Positions 26,747 through 40,019 of a stretch of 58,116 nt of DNA are shown here, piece after piece; the first letter of the stretch is position 1; every line of letters begins with the position of its first letter. The stretch comes from Girardia tigrina (taxonomy: Eukaryota). Made by a program: the position numbers and the translations under genes. Location: positions 16,211 through 74,326 of the forward strand of contig MQRK01216311.1 of assembly GCA_001938485.1 (NCBI GenBank), read 5' to 3'. Under the pieces are notes generated by a model that was not told the origin of the DNA, did no database searches, and was given only the letters and a program-made list of their open reading frames with translations.

Positions 26747-29399
26747 TATTATTTTCTGTTAAACCTTAAAACAAAATTGACTCTGACAAATATAATTAAT
26801 CATTTACATTCCCAATCTTAACACTTTGGTTGAAATAATTTACATCTTGATCGAACTTAAGCAGAATTAATTAAAGAAACATGTTCTTTTTAAAAATAAA
26901 TTAAATAAAGTAATTAATTACAAATTTTAGTTAAGTTAAAAATTTAAGTAAAATCAAAATTTAAATTTCTATTGTAAATACTTCCAAGAAAACACAATTT
27001 TTTAGTATGAAGAAAAAATATGTAAATATATATATATATANNNNNNNNNNNNNNNNNNNNNNNNNNNNNNNNNNNNNNNNNNNNNNNNNNNNNNNNNNNN
27101 NNNNNNNNNNNNNNNNNNNNNNNNNNNNNNNNNNNNNNNNNNNNNNNNNNNNNNNNNNNNNNNNNNNNNNNNNNNNNNNNNNNNNNNNNNNNNNNNNNNN
27201 NNNNNNNNNNNNNNNNNNNNNNNNNNNNNNNNNNNNNNNNNNNNNNNNNNNNNNNNNNNNNNNNNNNNNNNNNNNNNNNNNNNNNNNNNNNNNNNNNNNN
27301 TCAAGAATTCATGTTCGTCATCATCAGTACAGAATTCCCTTATGTATGCCAAAGAAAGAGAACGAGAAAAAGTCCTCTTGAGGACTAAAATTATTGATTG
27401 GATGCGCAGCGCGACACCACACTTATTTTTTTTGTACTATAAAAACGAGAAAAGATGAGCTATGATTATTTTTCTAAAGTATCGCATAATTATATGAAGG
27501 ATATGAGACTGAACGTACTATTTTCCTGATCATTTTCTGTTCCCTAATCCATCTATAAATCCACATTGCTAAATTTGCTATCATAATATCACAATAATCG
27601 TCAATTTTTCTTTCAAATTCTGATTGTGAGGAATATTTAAAATTGTTTATGGATAAGATGTGCTTATGTGAGTGTGCTGAAATTGGAATTGTGATTCTCC
27701 AACTCAGTTTGAAAATTGGTGCCTTATTGTATTGATGATAACTGATCATTCAAGAAGAAATTACATTTTTAAAATTAATGAAAATTTAATAATGTGAAAC
27801 AATTTAAATTTAAAAAGTAAAAATATAGGGTAATCTCTAAAAGAAGAAATCTTTTTCAAAAATTAAAACAAAAATTTTTAATAATTTAATTAAAGACATT
27901 TTAGAAGTTTGAATAATTTTAAACTTGTGAAAAAATGATATTGAAAATTAGAAATTTGTTCCAAAAATAATAATTAAAAATTCAGAATAATCAGTAATTA
28001 TAATTATGACGAATGGTGAAATATCTTCCGAGAGTTGTGATGACTCAAAATGTGACATTAATAAATGTTTGCATAGTAATTGTGTCGGTGTCCTGAACTC
28101 TGATATTTTAATTATCATAATTTTAACTGAAAATATACAAGTAATTTTCGAATTTCGAAAATAAATTCTACAATATGTGTATATATAGAATTATAATTTT
28201 TATTTTAATATTTTAAATATTTTCAGATTTGATTTGGCAAAAAAATAATATACAAATAAATGATATTTGTTAAAAATAATTTCTGAAATATTATTTTGAA
28301 ATATTTGCACAAATGATTTTGAAATTTGATTAAGATTGAATGAGAAGTAAACGTCTTAGTGGCGGCCTATTCGTGCGTTAATCTCCCTATGAATTCGTTA
28401 TGATCAAAATATGTCCTGCAGGGAAATAATAAAAACATATAATATTATGAATGCAAAATATTTATTTAATTTATATAAACGAATGCAGATATTTCTTTGA
28501 ATATAGAAATAACTTTTAAGATTATAATTAACAAAAACTATTATAAGTGTTCCAGAAACTGGAACATAATTCGATTTTGTATTTGTAGACAGAACGAACA
28601 GACTTTAACTTTATGCATAAATATCACGTTTATCTTTATTCATAAAGTTTGTAATCCTTTTTACTTAAAACTTATACTAACTTTGGTAAAGTTACATTAA
28701 AAAACTGGAAATACATTAAATGAAAAAGGAATCGGAAATTTGCTAAATTCAAATTTTATCCTTCTTAACAATCAAAACAACTAATATAACAGATCCAGCT
28801 TACCCAGTTCTTGGTTGTAGATGTAATCTTTGTGAGGAATATTTTGAATGTTTGATGTTGATTCGGAATTGTGTCTCTCCTACCCAGATGGAGGATTGAT
28901 ATTTTAATTCTTATTATCTGAAAATATGTAATGTTTAAATTTATTTCTAATAGAAAATGATTGTAAAATTTTAATTACGTTGATTAATTTTATTTACAAT
29001 TTTAAATAAATAAACTAAATTAATGTTTTCAAATATTTATTTATTAATATTTATTTTAATTTTTAATCAATAAAATTTAAAATAAATATTTCAAATGATT
29101 ATTCAATCTCCATTTACTCAGATAATAAGATTAAAGTCATTAATCAATTTGACGGATGCAAATGTATTAAAGCTGTGACAAATATTGTCTTGAGGACAAT
29201 CAAACTTGTTGTAATAGTAAAAGTATTAAAAGTAATATGGATGTTCTTAATAATCTTAAAAAAAACACAAGATTACTATGATATTCTTCATAGATATATG
29301 CAACTAAATGTCTTTATTTAAAGTAAAAAGCACATTTTTTCAATGTGTAAAAGAACACAAGAAACTTCATAAAAAATTAAATAGACACCATATATTGTA

Positions 29400-30044
29400 C
29401 AGTCGAGTCTCGATATAACAAACGTCGATAAAACCAAATCCTCGATATTACGAAAAAATTTTAAGAGATGGCTGGCCGGCCATTAACCTGTATAGAAATA
29501 TTTTTCGATATATCGAAGTTTGAAACTTTGATTGAAAGTTTTGTCTCGATATTACGAAGTCATAGTTAGTATATATCAAAACAAAAATTCTTTTTGGTGC
29601 ATATGCTAAGGTGGATAAGAACGTACTTATCGAGATTGACCTCACTCATCCAAAAAGTCTAGGCGAGTGGAGGGCAGGATAACATTTCTACGGAAGACGA
29701 TGATGAGAATCTACCAAAGCGGCACCACCATTGTCTGAAGCACTGGCTGCCATTTCTGTCCGCCGACAGTAATGTTCCACTAACAACTTAGATGCTTTGG
29801 GAATCACAACAACTGAAGAAGCGATCCTCGAAAGTCGAATGAAGAATGCTAAACAGAGCAAAATAACTGATTATTATTTATCCATGTAGATTTTCATTTT
29901 GCTTAATAGACATTTTGTTTGTTTCCGGTTCATTTTTTAGAATTTCTGGTGGAATCCCTGATCAAAGTGTAAATCCTAGTGGAATTTTTCATATAAAGAA
30001 TTTTTTGTCGGTCCCTTGAAATTCGTTATATCGAGACTCGACTG
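29400..30044. mobile_element. pogo/Tigger-derived non-autonomous element
   Basis: Perfect 21-bp TIR CAGTCGAGTCTCGATATAAC; the KQSKITDYY C-terminal relic lies inside. Confidence 0.85.
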
Positions 30045-30329
30045 CACCATGATTCATTATAAAGAGTTAATTAAAAAGAATGTTTAAATTACAATGCTTA
30101 TTACTCAACCTACTCTTAAACTATTACAAAAAGATCAAAAACTTGTAAAATATAAATTATAAGCGTTATGATTAAATTCAAACATGCAATTATATATATT
30201 GTTGAACATTTAAGAATAGTCTCCAAAATTACAAATATGTAACAAGAATCACAAAGATAAATTGAAAAATAATGTTTTTATTTTTTATTAAGATATATTC
30301 AAGAAAATAGATTCCACTTATCACAACGA

Positions 30330-30402
30330 TTATTTTTGTAATTGTTTTAACAGAAACGATTTTGTCCTCTTTGAAAGCACTCATAACAGTTACAACAACT
30401 GC
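30330..30402 (-). pseudogene. eIF5A: eIF5A C-terminal relic (third copy)
   Basis: AVVVTVMSAFKEDKIVSVKTITK aligns with TVVVTVMSACNEEKIVSVKTITN, and similarity continues into the 3' flank. Confidence 0.85.
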
Positions 30403-30669
30403 GACAAAGTCATAAGATTGACAAACTGGGTGATAGAAGAATTCAAGCCATTGATTCAAAGGGTCTTTACTTTCAATCTTGATTGCTTTTTAGTTGTAAA
30501 ATATGTTTTCAAAAAAGTAGAATTTTTTTTGATTTCCTTACTTTACTTTCTTTTAAGAAATTTAGAATGTGCTTCTATTCAATTTCTATGTAAACTATAT
30601 AAATATTGCAAACATTCACCATCATTAAAAAATCAAACGCTGTGTAAAAAAATTAATATGCATCTAAAA

Positions 30670-32120
30670 TGAAGTTTATTCCTATATTTTAGTAACAAAT
30701 AAGAAACATAATATACATTGATCGAGAGGATGAGTTTCCCGAAGAAGAATGTACAGAAAGATTATACAAAAAGTGTTTGACTGATATGCACTAAAAAATT
30801 ACAATTTATATGATAAAATCAATATTTTAAAAAAAATACAAAGTTTGAAAAGTTTTCTGACATTAAAGATTCTGATGGTTAAATACAAAAATCATAAAAC
30901 AATATTTTGCATTAATTACATTAATTAATTACCTATAAAATTACAAAAAGTAACACAAATAAAAATTTAAACAATAATTTCCATGGATTTTTTGATCAAT
31001 ATCAATTTTTATTAACATTAAAAGGATTCTTTTTATTACAACAATTAATTTGTAATCGTTTTAACAGAAACGATTTTTTCCTCATTGCAAGCACTCATAA
31101 CAGTTACAACAACTGTGTCCTCCTTCTCAAAACGAGTCATGATATCATTGTACAATTCTCCTCCTGGCATTTGAACATCTTCTTTTACTTCTCCCTTTTC
31201 TGACATCAAACTCACATAACCATCACCACTAATATCTAAAAGCTGATATTCGACTCGTTTCACAATCGGCATCTCTTTGTTAGCCGTTGACGGCGAAACA
31301 TCTTCACATTTTCGGTCAGTGAAGATATCAACAGCAGTTACATGAACTTTTGCAGATCCATGTTTTCCAGTTTTACAAGTGCTCATATCAATAATCTTAC
31401 ACGGTCTATCTTTGATCATGATGTATTGACCCTTTCGGAAAGCACTCATTTGAACGGGAACCGATAAAGATGCTCCAGAATCGGTAGCTTCGAATGTTTC
31501 CTCAAAAGTGTTCTGAATTGATAAAATTATTATTCCATAAATATAAAGTTATAATATTTATAAAAATTACCGATGACATAATTAATATAGATGTATTTAT
31601 AAGTAATAATTCATATGTTAATTTAAACAAATTAAAGTTTTTTGTTTGTGAATTTTATTTTTATGAATTAATTTTATTAAACATATAATTGTTTTTATTT
31701 TTGATTTTCCCAAAAACTTTTGAAAACGTTAAACATATAATGAAAAATCTAAATTAAAAATAAAAAACTGAATATTTCAAATTAACAGTAACATTTATTA
31801 ATATTATTTTTGAATCATTAAAGGTTCATCAATAAATTTTAATGTTTTACATCGAATTTGTATTTTAATATCGATGGATTATTTATTATTTCAAAATATT
31901 AAAGAACAGTCAAGCTCCCCTAACGTTCCAAAGGAGGAGAGGGAAAAATCAAAAAAATTTATAATAAAATATAAAATTAAATATGAAAGGTTTATTCTTA
32001 GATTTTAAGCGTTTCGATAAATACACTATTCCCATTTATATTAGAATTACATATAAAAATAAAAAAAATAATTAAAATGAAGATCGATGTTTTTCTACAA
32101 AAGAAAGTAAGTCACAAGGG
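30670..32120 (-). repeat. Left arm of the inverted duplication (partner at about 35499-37350)
   Basis: Reverse-complement identity across the eIF5A gene and both flanks, with indels in the flanks. Confidence 0.9.
31045..31579 (-). CDS. eIF5A: Translation factor eIF5A copy 1 (exon 1 31579-31571, intron 31570-31513, exon 2 31512-31045; 158 aa)
   Basis: A 58-nt GTAATT...TTCAG intron restores the conserved N-terminus MSS|NTFEETFEATDSGAS. Hypusine loop STCKTGKHGSAK. Confidence 0.93.
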
Positions 32121-32650
32121 AAAATTTTTTTAATAAAAATTATTAAAAATTAAAACCCAAAATCGTATATTTTTTATTTTATTAATAAATGAGAGAAATA
32201 AAATAATTTGGTTGATAATTTTAAATAAACATTAATTTTTTAATTAAACAAAATGTGATTAATTATTTTCTGTTGTTCAATTTGAATACAAAATTAACAA
32301 TTTTTTGATCCAATTTTATTATTTTTCTACATAATTACTTTAAAGATAAACGAAGTTTTAGAGCAACTCGACTGTGGATGATTTTTATTTATATTTAAAA
32401 GATTATAATTCGTGTTTTTAAATATTCATTTACAAAGTACAAAAAATAACGGGTTTACCTTTCACATGAATATTTTATTATATAAATTAATAAAAAATGT
32501 ACTGAGAAAAATTTGATGTTTTATAACTTAATCATTTTTGTAATTTTGAAAATCTGATATTTTAATTTTTGAATTCATTAAGGAAAGTCTATTGAAAAAG
32601 GATCCAAGAGAAAACTATTAAAAAAATGGATCTGTAAATTCTACTATTAA

Positions 32651-32887
32651 CCTTTAACCGGATAGAATGTTTTTGTAACATAAACGGATAGAAGAGTCCG
32701 AAGGACTCTTAAGCTGAAAATTGAATGTAAACATAAGAAATCCTTTAAAATTCGAACATTCTTTTAATAAAATTCATGATTAGTTAAAAAAAGTGCTAAA
32801 AAATTGAATTTGAATTAGTATTTTTATTTTGATTTACGGACGGTTAATAAAAAAAGAGTCCAAAAGACTCTTCTATCCGGTTAAAGT
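32651..32887. mobile_element. piggyBac-type MITE
   Basis: TTAA TSDs; TIRs CCTTTAACCGGATAGAA and TTCTATCCGGTTAAAGT; internal AAGAGTC..GACTCTT palindromes. Confidence 0.85.
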
Positions 32888-33029
32888 TTAAAAAGAAGGA
32901 CCCAATATTTGCACAAATAGAGAACATCATTTATTAGACTAAAAATTTTATAATTGAATAACCAGAGACAAAATTTTAAATATTTTCTTCGATAATTTCA
33001 GTTTTTTCAATTCTTTTTATTAGCTTCCT

Positions 33030-33470
33030 TTCTATATGTATATGTGTGTGTATTCATGGAATTTAGAGACCTGTTGTTGAAGGCTTTTTACTTAATCGAT
33101 TTTCTTCAAACTTTGCGCAATAACTCATTCTCGATGACAATAAATGATTATATAAAAATTTATCAAAAAAAAACTTTTTAATGTCCTAAAATGGGTAAAA
33201 ACGGAAAATTTGAAGTTCCTGAATTAATTAAAAAAGATCTACTTATAAATTATAAGTAATGTCTTAATTTTTTATTGTTTTTTTTAATTAAAATTTTTGA
33301 AATTTTAAAAACTTTGTTGGCGAAATAGAGTGTTGTTTGCATAATGAACAGATATAAAAAATTTAATTTTTTGATTTACTAGTTCAAACATAATAAGAAC
33401 TTAAAAATTAAAATGTGGGCGAATTATCACGCCATATTAATTGTAGTACATACGCGTTTTCTTGGTTTTT
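33030..33470. mobile_element. Possible DINE-1/Helentron-like repeat
   Basis: A (TG)n tract followed by ATCGATTTTCTTCAAACTTTG, a layout typical of these elements; ends not defined. Confidence 0.3.
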
Positions 33471-33909
33471 ATTATTGACTCACCAAGATTCCTTTCATTT
33501 ATTCCAGTACAATTGAAAAGCCTAAAAATCAATATTTTATATGTTGTTCTGTCCCTAATATTTTAGAACTTGTGTGAAAATAGGCTTTCATCGATTTGCC
33601 CATAGTTTCAACATCTCCTAGTTTTATGGGGTCGCTTTCAAATTATCTTCGAGTTAAATTTTGTGCAAGAACTCAAATCATCCAACAATGTTTGAAATAT
33701 TTCAAAAAATATTCTGATGTCAAATTTTCTTGTAGAAAATCTACCTCGTCGGATGGATTTCTTTTTTTATAGTTGTTACGACCACAGTTTTAGCATCTAA
33801 ACATATTCTTGTCACATTTCTTTCAATGAGTCACAATATTATCTTTGTTATAATTGTCATAAGTATTTTCTTAATTATTAAACTAGATTCTAATTATTAA
33901 ACTATTCAG

Positions 33910-34190
33910 GAATGGGCTAGCAATCAATTCACCAGGCTAAGCTTTACAATCTGGGTATGAAGACTGTGGGGAGTAGTGACCCCGCGGTCGATGGTTGGAT
34001 TGCCACGTAATGATGTGGGATGAATCAATCCTGATGAAGGTGTTTGCAATGAGGCTGTTGTATTGAAAAACGGGCTGAGCTAAAGCATGGATCCCCACAT
34101 GGGGGGAGTGCTCGTTGAGAACCATCAGCGTCCCAGGCCTCAGGGTTAATACCGTAAATGAGTTGAGGTGTATACCAACACACATACAAT
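33910..34190 (+). other. GC-rich, highly structured island (non-LTR 3' UTR/SINE or ncRNA)
   Basis: Several nested stems with G-U wobbles (see findings), ending in a CA/TA-rich tail. Confidence 0.45.
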
Positions 34191-35576
34191 ATTTATCTAC
34201 ATATATTTATATATATATATATATATATTCATTTAAATAAGTTTTTAAATTTAAATTTTTTTTAACAAAAAACAAGTTCATGTCTTTAAAAACATGGTTT
34301 GCAAGAATTTTTTTTTTAAATATATATTTTATTTTGCATTTCCAGTTTGTTTCTGGGAAAAATAACCCAAATTAAAAGTAAAAAATAAAAAATCTTTTGT
34401 ATGTTTTCCGGCAATTTCTTGAAATTAGTATTAAAAGAACCTTACGGAAATTTGTAGCCTAAAATTTTTTTGGAAAATTAGATAACCATTTTTAAATCGA
34501 AAAACAATGACTCTTAATAGATTTTACAAGGTTTCTTGACGTCGTTTAAGGTTTTTTTTAAGATAAAAAACAGATGCAAAATAAATCAAGTTTTAAATGT
34601 TCTGGAAAACCTTTACGAAACATTATAAGGTTTTTGCGGAAAATCGATTAAAAGGTTCTTAATCAATTGATATTCGATTTTTATCGTAATGATATAAAAT
34701 TAAGGAATACCAAGGGTGTCGTTAAAGCATTTAATTTACTTTAATTTTTTTTAATTTTCAATTTTTTGTCTGTTACAACTTTCTTTTTGGATTTTATGGT
34801 AATAACTCAAAACTAACACAATAAATTAAAATTTTAAAAAGAATTTAAGCCACGAATGTATATATATTTTTTACCAATATTTAAAATTTTTTGATAAACA
34901 ATTACGAATTAATTCAAAAAAAGATGTTTTCAAAAATTAATCTCAAAAGTATTTTAAAAATCTATTAAAATTATTTTCACATTATTTTAAGAATTATTTT
35001 CCTTAGAAAGATTAATAATTTATTTTAATTGTTTAATTTCAAAACTTTTTCAGCAAAAGTTTAATTCAATAAAAATTAATTTTATCATTATTGTGTTTGT
35101 AAAATATTTTGAGAGTTTTAGAATAAATTGACTCATTTTTCGATCGAAGAATATAAATTTATCTATTATTTTGAAATAACCGTTGGAAAATATGCAATAA
35201 ATATAAATAGAAATTAAAAAACGTCATTTTGTAATATAAAATTTTATTAGGGCAACATAATTCGACTGAATATCCTCCATCATCAGACACTTTTTTTAAG
35301 CTTATACATATAACATTCAGAATATGTTCAGTAATAAATCGACAAGTCCTTTGAGTTTTTGCTTCGGTTTTGTTAAAAAAATTGAGTGTAAGGAGTGCAA
35401 CGTCTCTGTAAATGGGTTCCTAACCACGAACATTTAAGCAGTAGTAGTATTATTGCTGAACATACAAAATACTGTAAAAAGATAAAAAAAATGGTTCTCC
35501 TTGTGACTTACTTTCTTTTGTAGAAAAAACATCGATCATGAATTTAATTAATTTATATTTTTATTTGTTATTTTAA

Positions 35577-36100
35577 CCCTTCTTAACATGGTGTGACACT
35601 TCTGTAACAAACCGTTGTAACTCTTACAAGATCTCTAACTATTAACATATCACATTTTAATTCAATGTTGCATATCTGTTACACACCGATCTATACAACA
35701 TCGGTGATTTATTAGTACCTACAGGTGGCGTTGGTGGTAGGATGATGAATTTGACAGTTCTCTATTACATTCTGTGGAGTGCGCGAATGCAAATTTTTTT
35801 AAAAAATAAAAATATTTGTGCTATTGATATTGTTGATATTTTTGAAAAAACACAAAGGTAAATTGATTATTTTGGATTTTATTTACTTAGTTATATAAAA
35901 TAAATTGAAATATTGTTGTACCATTTTATTTTGTAGCGTTGTAACACAAAGTGACAGAACTGTAACACTCCTTTCTTTATAAGTTTTTATGTTTATGTTA
36001 AAAATAAATAAAAACAAAAAAAATACATGTTTCATTATTTACAAAAAGCTACTGTTTCACACAATATTTATGTTTCTTTAATATATTGAGTTACGAAGGG
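35577..36100. mobile_element. piggyBac-type MITE
   Basis: TTAA|CCCTTCTTAAC ... GTTACGAAGGG|TTAA; the empty site is visible in the left arm near 32040. Confidence 0.88.
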
Positions 36101-36479
36101 TTAATATAAATGTGAATTAATGTATTTATCGAAACACTAACAATTTAACTTAATTAATTAAAATTTAATTAAAATACAAATTTAATTAAAATACAAATTC
36201 GATGTAAAACAGAAAAATTTATTGATAAACCTTTAACGATACAAAAATAATATTAATAAATGTTACTATTAATTTGAAATATTCAGTTTTTTTTATTTTT
36301 AATTTAGATTTTTCATTATATGATTAACGTTTTCAAAAGTTTTTTTTAGGAAAATCAAAAATAAAAACAATTATATGTTTAATAAAATTAATTCATAAAA
36401 ATAAAATTCACAAACAAAAAACTTTAATTTGTTTAAATTAACATTTGAATTATTACTTAAACATACATCTATATTAATT

Positions 36480-37014
36480 ATGTCATCAGTAATTTTTATA
36501 AATATTATAACTTTATATTTATGGAATAATAATTTTATCAATTCAGAATACTTTTGATGAAACATTCGAAGCTACCGATTCTGGAGCATCTTTATCGGTT
36601 CCCGTTCAAATGAGTGCTTTCCGAAAGGGTCAATACATCATGATCAAAGATAGACCGTGTAAGATTATTGATATGAGCACTTGTAAAACTGGAAAACATG
36701 GATCTGCAAAAGTTCATGTAACTGCTGTTGATATCTTCACTGACCGAAAATGTGAAGATGTTTCGCCGTCAACGGCTAACAAAGAGATGCCGATTGTGAA
36801 ACGAGTCGAATATCAGCTTTTAGATATTAGTGGTGATGGTTATGTGAGTTTGATGTCAGAAAAGGGAGAAGTAAAAGAAGATGTTCAAATGCCAGGAGGA
36901 GAATTGTACAATGATATCATGACTCGTTTTGAGAAGGAGGACACAGTTGTTGTAACTGTTATGAGTGCTTGCAATGAGGAAAAAATCGTTTCTGTTAAAA
37001 CGATTACAAATTAA
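36480..37014 (+). CDS. eIF5A: Translation factor eIF5A copy 2 (exon 1 36480-36488, intron 36489-36546, exon 2 36547-37014; 158 aa)
   Basis: Same structure as copy 1; the only protein difference is E7D (MSSNTFDETF). Confidence 0.93.
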
Positions 37015-37358
37015 TTGTTGTAATAAAAAGAATCCTTTTAATGTTAATAAAAATTGATATTGATCAAAAAATCCATGGAAATTATTGTTTAAATTTTTAT
37101 TTGTGTTACTTTTTGTAATTTTATAGGTAACTAATGTAATGAATGCAAAATATTGTTTTATGATTTTCGTATTTAACCATCAGAAAACTTTGTATTTTTT
37201 TAAAATATTGATTTTATCATATAAATTGTAATTTATTAGTGCATATCAGTCAAACACTTTTTGTATAACCATTCTGTACATTCTTCTTCATAAAAACTCA
37301 TCTTATTATGTTTCTTATTTATTTATAAAAAATATGAATAAATTTCATTTTCGATCTT

Positions 37359-38889
37359 CAGTCAACACTATAATTTCACTCTATTATTTCACAAACTATG
37401 TAATTGCACAGACAAAGTGACAAAACCAAAAAAGTCAGTGTTCAGATAGCATTTTTTTATAATTTCACAGTCTTAAAAACATAATCTCTGTAAAATTAGT
37501 TTTTACTATTTAATAAAAAAGAGCATTTTTATTTAAAATGATAAAATCTTGTTTTAAAAAACTGTTTTGTAATAAATACAATTTGAATTCTAAAAAGTAA
37601 AGTTTATTTATTTTTAGTAATGATTTTTCAGTTTAGGAAGAAAGTTTGAATGTTAAAAAAACATTTCTTTGATAAATGATGAGAAACTTAAGTTAAAAAA
37701 TCATGCAATGGAAAATAATGTTACACTGCAAAAATTGTTGAATTGGTACAAAAAAAGTTGATGTAGAGTATAAACAGAAGTAAAAAATCAAAAATATTAA
37801 AAAATTCAGAGACTATTCTTAAAAGGGAATTTATAGAGAAGGATAGTATGATTTTTAAAAACCTAAATACGCAAAATTTAATGAGGAGCTAAGATACTTT
37901 TACAAAAAGCAGGAAGATATTATTATCTGTGATGAAATGATTCGACAAGAAGCGGCATCTTTGAAGCTCAAGCTGAAAATTGATGATTCTGACTTGAAAT
38001 TATCTGAAGGGTGGCTGCTATTATTCAAAAACCGACATGGAATATCCCTTAAAAATGTGTTAGAGACGGGGTCTGTTGATCGAAACGTCACCAATCTTAG
38101 TATTACCAAATTGAGAAAAAATTGAGAAATATCGTCCTGATGATGTTTTAAACATGAATGAGACGGATTTGTTATTTGGATGCAACCTGATAAAACACTG
38201 GCATCTAGAAAAGTGCACGGAAGAAAAAAAGATAAAGAACGAAAAACGATTTCATTTTGCTGTAACGCTAGTGGCAAAAGCAAACTTCCGTCTCTAATAA
38301 TCAAGAAACTTTTAAAACCAAGACGTTTTTATGGAAGAAACGTAAAAGATGTAGGAATCTATTATTATGCCAATGAAAGCGAGTAGATAAAGGCTAACAT
38401 CATTCAAAGATGGCTACAAAAAATTGATGCTTCAGCGGGGAAAGAAAACCGAAATTTTTTATTGTTATTATATAATGCCCCTTCTCATTGTGTTAACACG
38501 GTGGTTTTCATGAATATTGAAATAATCTTTTTTGCCCAAAATAATACTTCAGAAATTCAAACTCTAGATGCGAGCAAACTCTAGAATCAGCATTCGAAAG
38601 AAAATACAAAACATTTTTTTTATAAAATGTTTCTATGAAAATTACAAGCTTTACAAAAATGTTACAAAATAAGTGAATTAGCACCTTTTGCGTGATTGAG
38701 CATAAAAATGAATTTTAGACCGATAATATACAAATTAAATACAAGATGATTGCATATTATTTTTTTATATCTACTCATACAAAAACATGTTTGTTACACA
38801 ATATACACAACTATCAACTTTCTATAATTTCACATCTGTATTTTTCGGCTATTTTATGAACAAAAAGTGTGAAATTATAGTGTTGACTT
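37359..38889 (+). mobile_element. pogo/Tigger transposon, decayed
   Basis: TIRs CAGTCAACACTATAATTTCAC and GTGAAATTATAGTGTTGACT; motifs LSEGWL..FKNRHGI, GRKKDKER.T..FCCNASG and NAPSH. Confidence 0.88.
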
Positions 38890-40019
38890 CATAGTAATTT
38901 TTGAATTTGTAAATTGAATTTGTTTTGGATCGTAGCCTCTGGATTGTGGGGGCACTCAATTATTCACAAGCCTTATGACTTGATTTTTGGATATTTTTGA
39001 GTGTCCGTAAATAAGTAACCTGATGGCGCCTACCTCCTCTCCATGTATGGATGTACGTTGACTCCAAGGAGCTTATCCAACATTTCATAGGTTTTGTTTT
39101 TCGTACTGATAGGTGTCAACACTCTCTTAACCCAGGTTGATGTAGATGAGGGAGCTGGTTTAGTCGCTAACCATTCGACTATGGAACAGGTATTACAAGT
39201 TTACATGGTACCTGTTTCAAACATGCTTGTCTGACTTGACCTGATCAATTTAAATAAAGTGAACAACCCTTGATAGATTTTATCACAATAAAAATAATTT
39301 AAAGAAATGATCTTAATATATAAATGAATATAAAAGAAATATAATGAAAAACATGTTGAAAAAGTGAATAACAGATTATTAAGTCATAAAAAAAGAAAGA
39401 CTTAAATAAATGATTAAACATTTTTTTATTATATTTTCCAAAAATAAACAGTACGAAAAAAATTAAATTTTGATTTTTTTTCGATAAAGCAACATTGATT
39501 TAAAATAATTAAATAATAATAATTATATAATTTAAAGTTAAACTGTTACTTTTAAATAACTACTTTAAAATATATAAAAAATAAAAATGGTTTTAAAACG
39601 CATGCTTAATAGTTTTAATAGTTCGAAAAATATTAATTAATAAATTGTTGCAAATATATTCATTATGTCTCATCCTAAAATTTATTTTCATCAGATATTC
39701 TAGCAGCACATATTCAAACTTTATATCTCTCTCCGCAATCAAAACAGATATTAAAAAGAATAAATTAATGAATACATTTTATATTTAGAGTATTTATTTT
39801 ATATCACTTTTTGCGAAATTAGAATAATTTTTATAAAAATAAATATCGAATTGTTTCAGACGTTCCATACGAAAGTATTTGTTAAAAGAAACAAGATATT
39901 ATATCCATCAGAGAATATTTAAAAAACAGCCTGTGTTTCTAAAAAATCTTTATTATATGATTATAATATTATCATTATTTATAATGAAAACACTTTTCTC
40001 TCTTTTTACCAAAAAGAAA

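Larger units (their letters stand above)
35499..37350 (+). repeat. Right arm of the inverted duplication
   Basis: Reverse complement of 30670-32120. Contains a piggyBac MITE absent from the left arm and ends just before the pogo element at 37359. Confidence 0.9.

Noticed and set aside
31494-31688. Twin 64-aa ORFs (also 36371-36565)
   Set aside because: Antisense to the eIF5A intron and promoter; duplicated only because of the inverted repeat.
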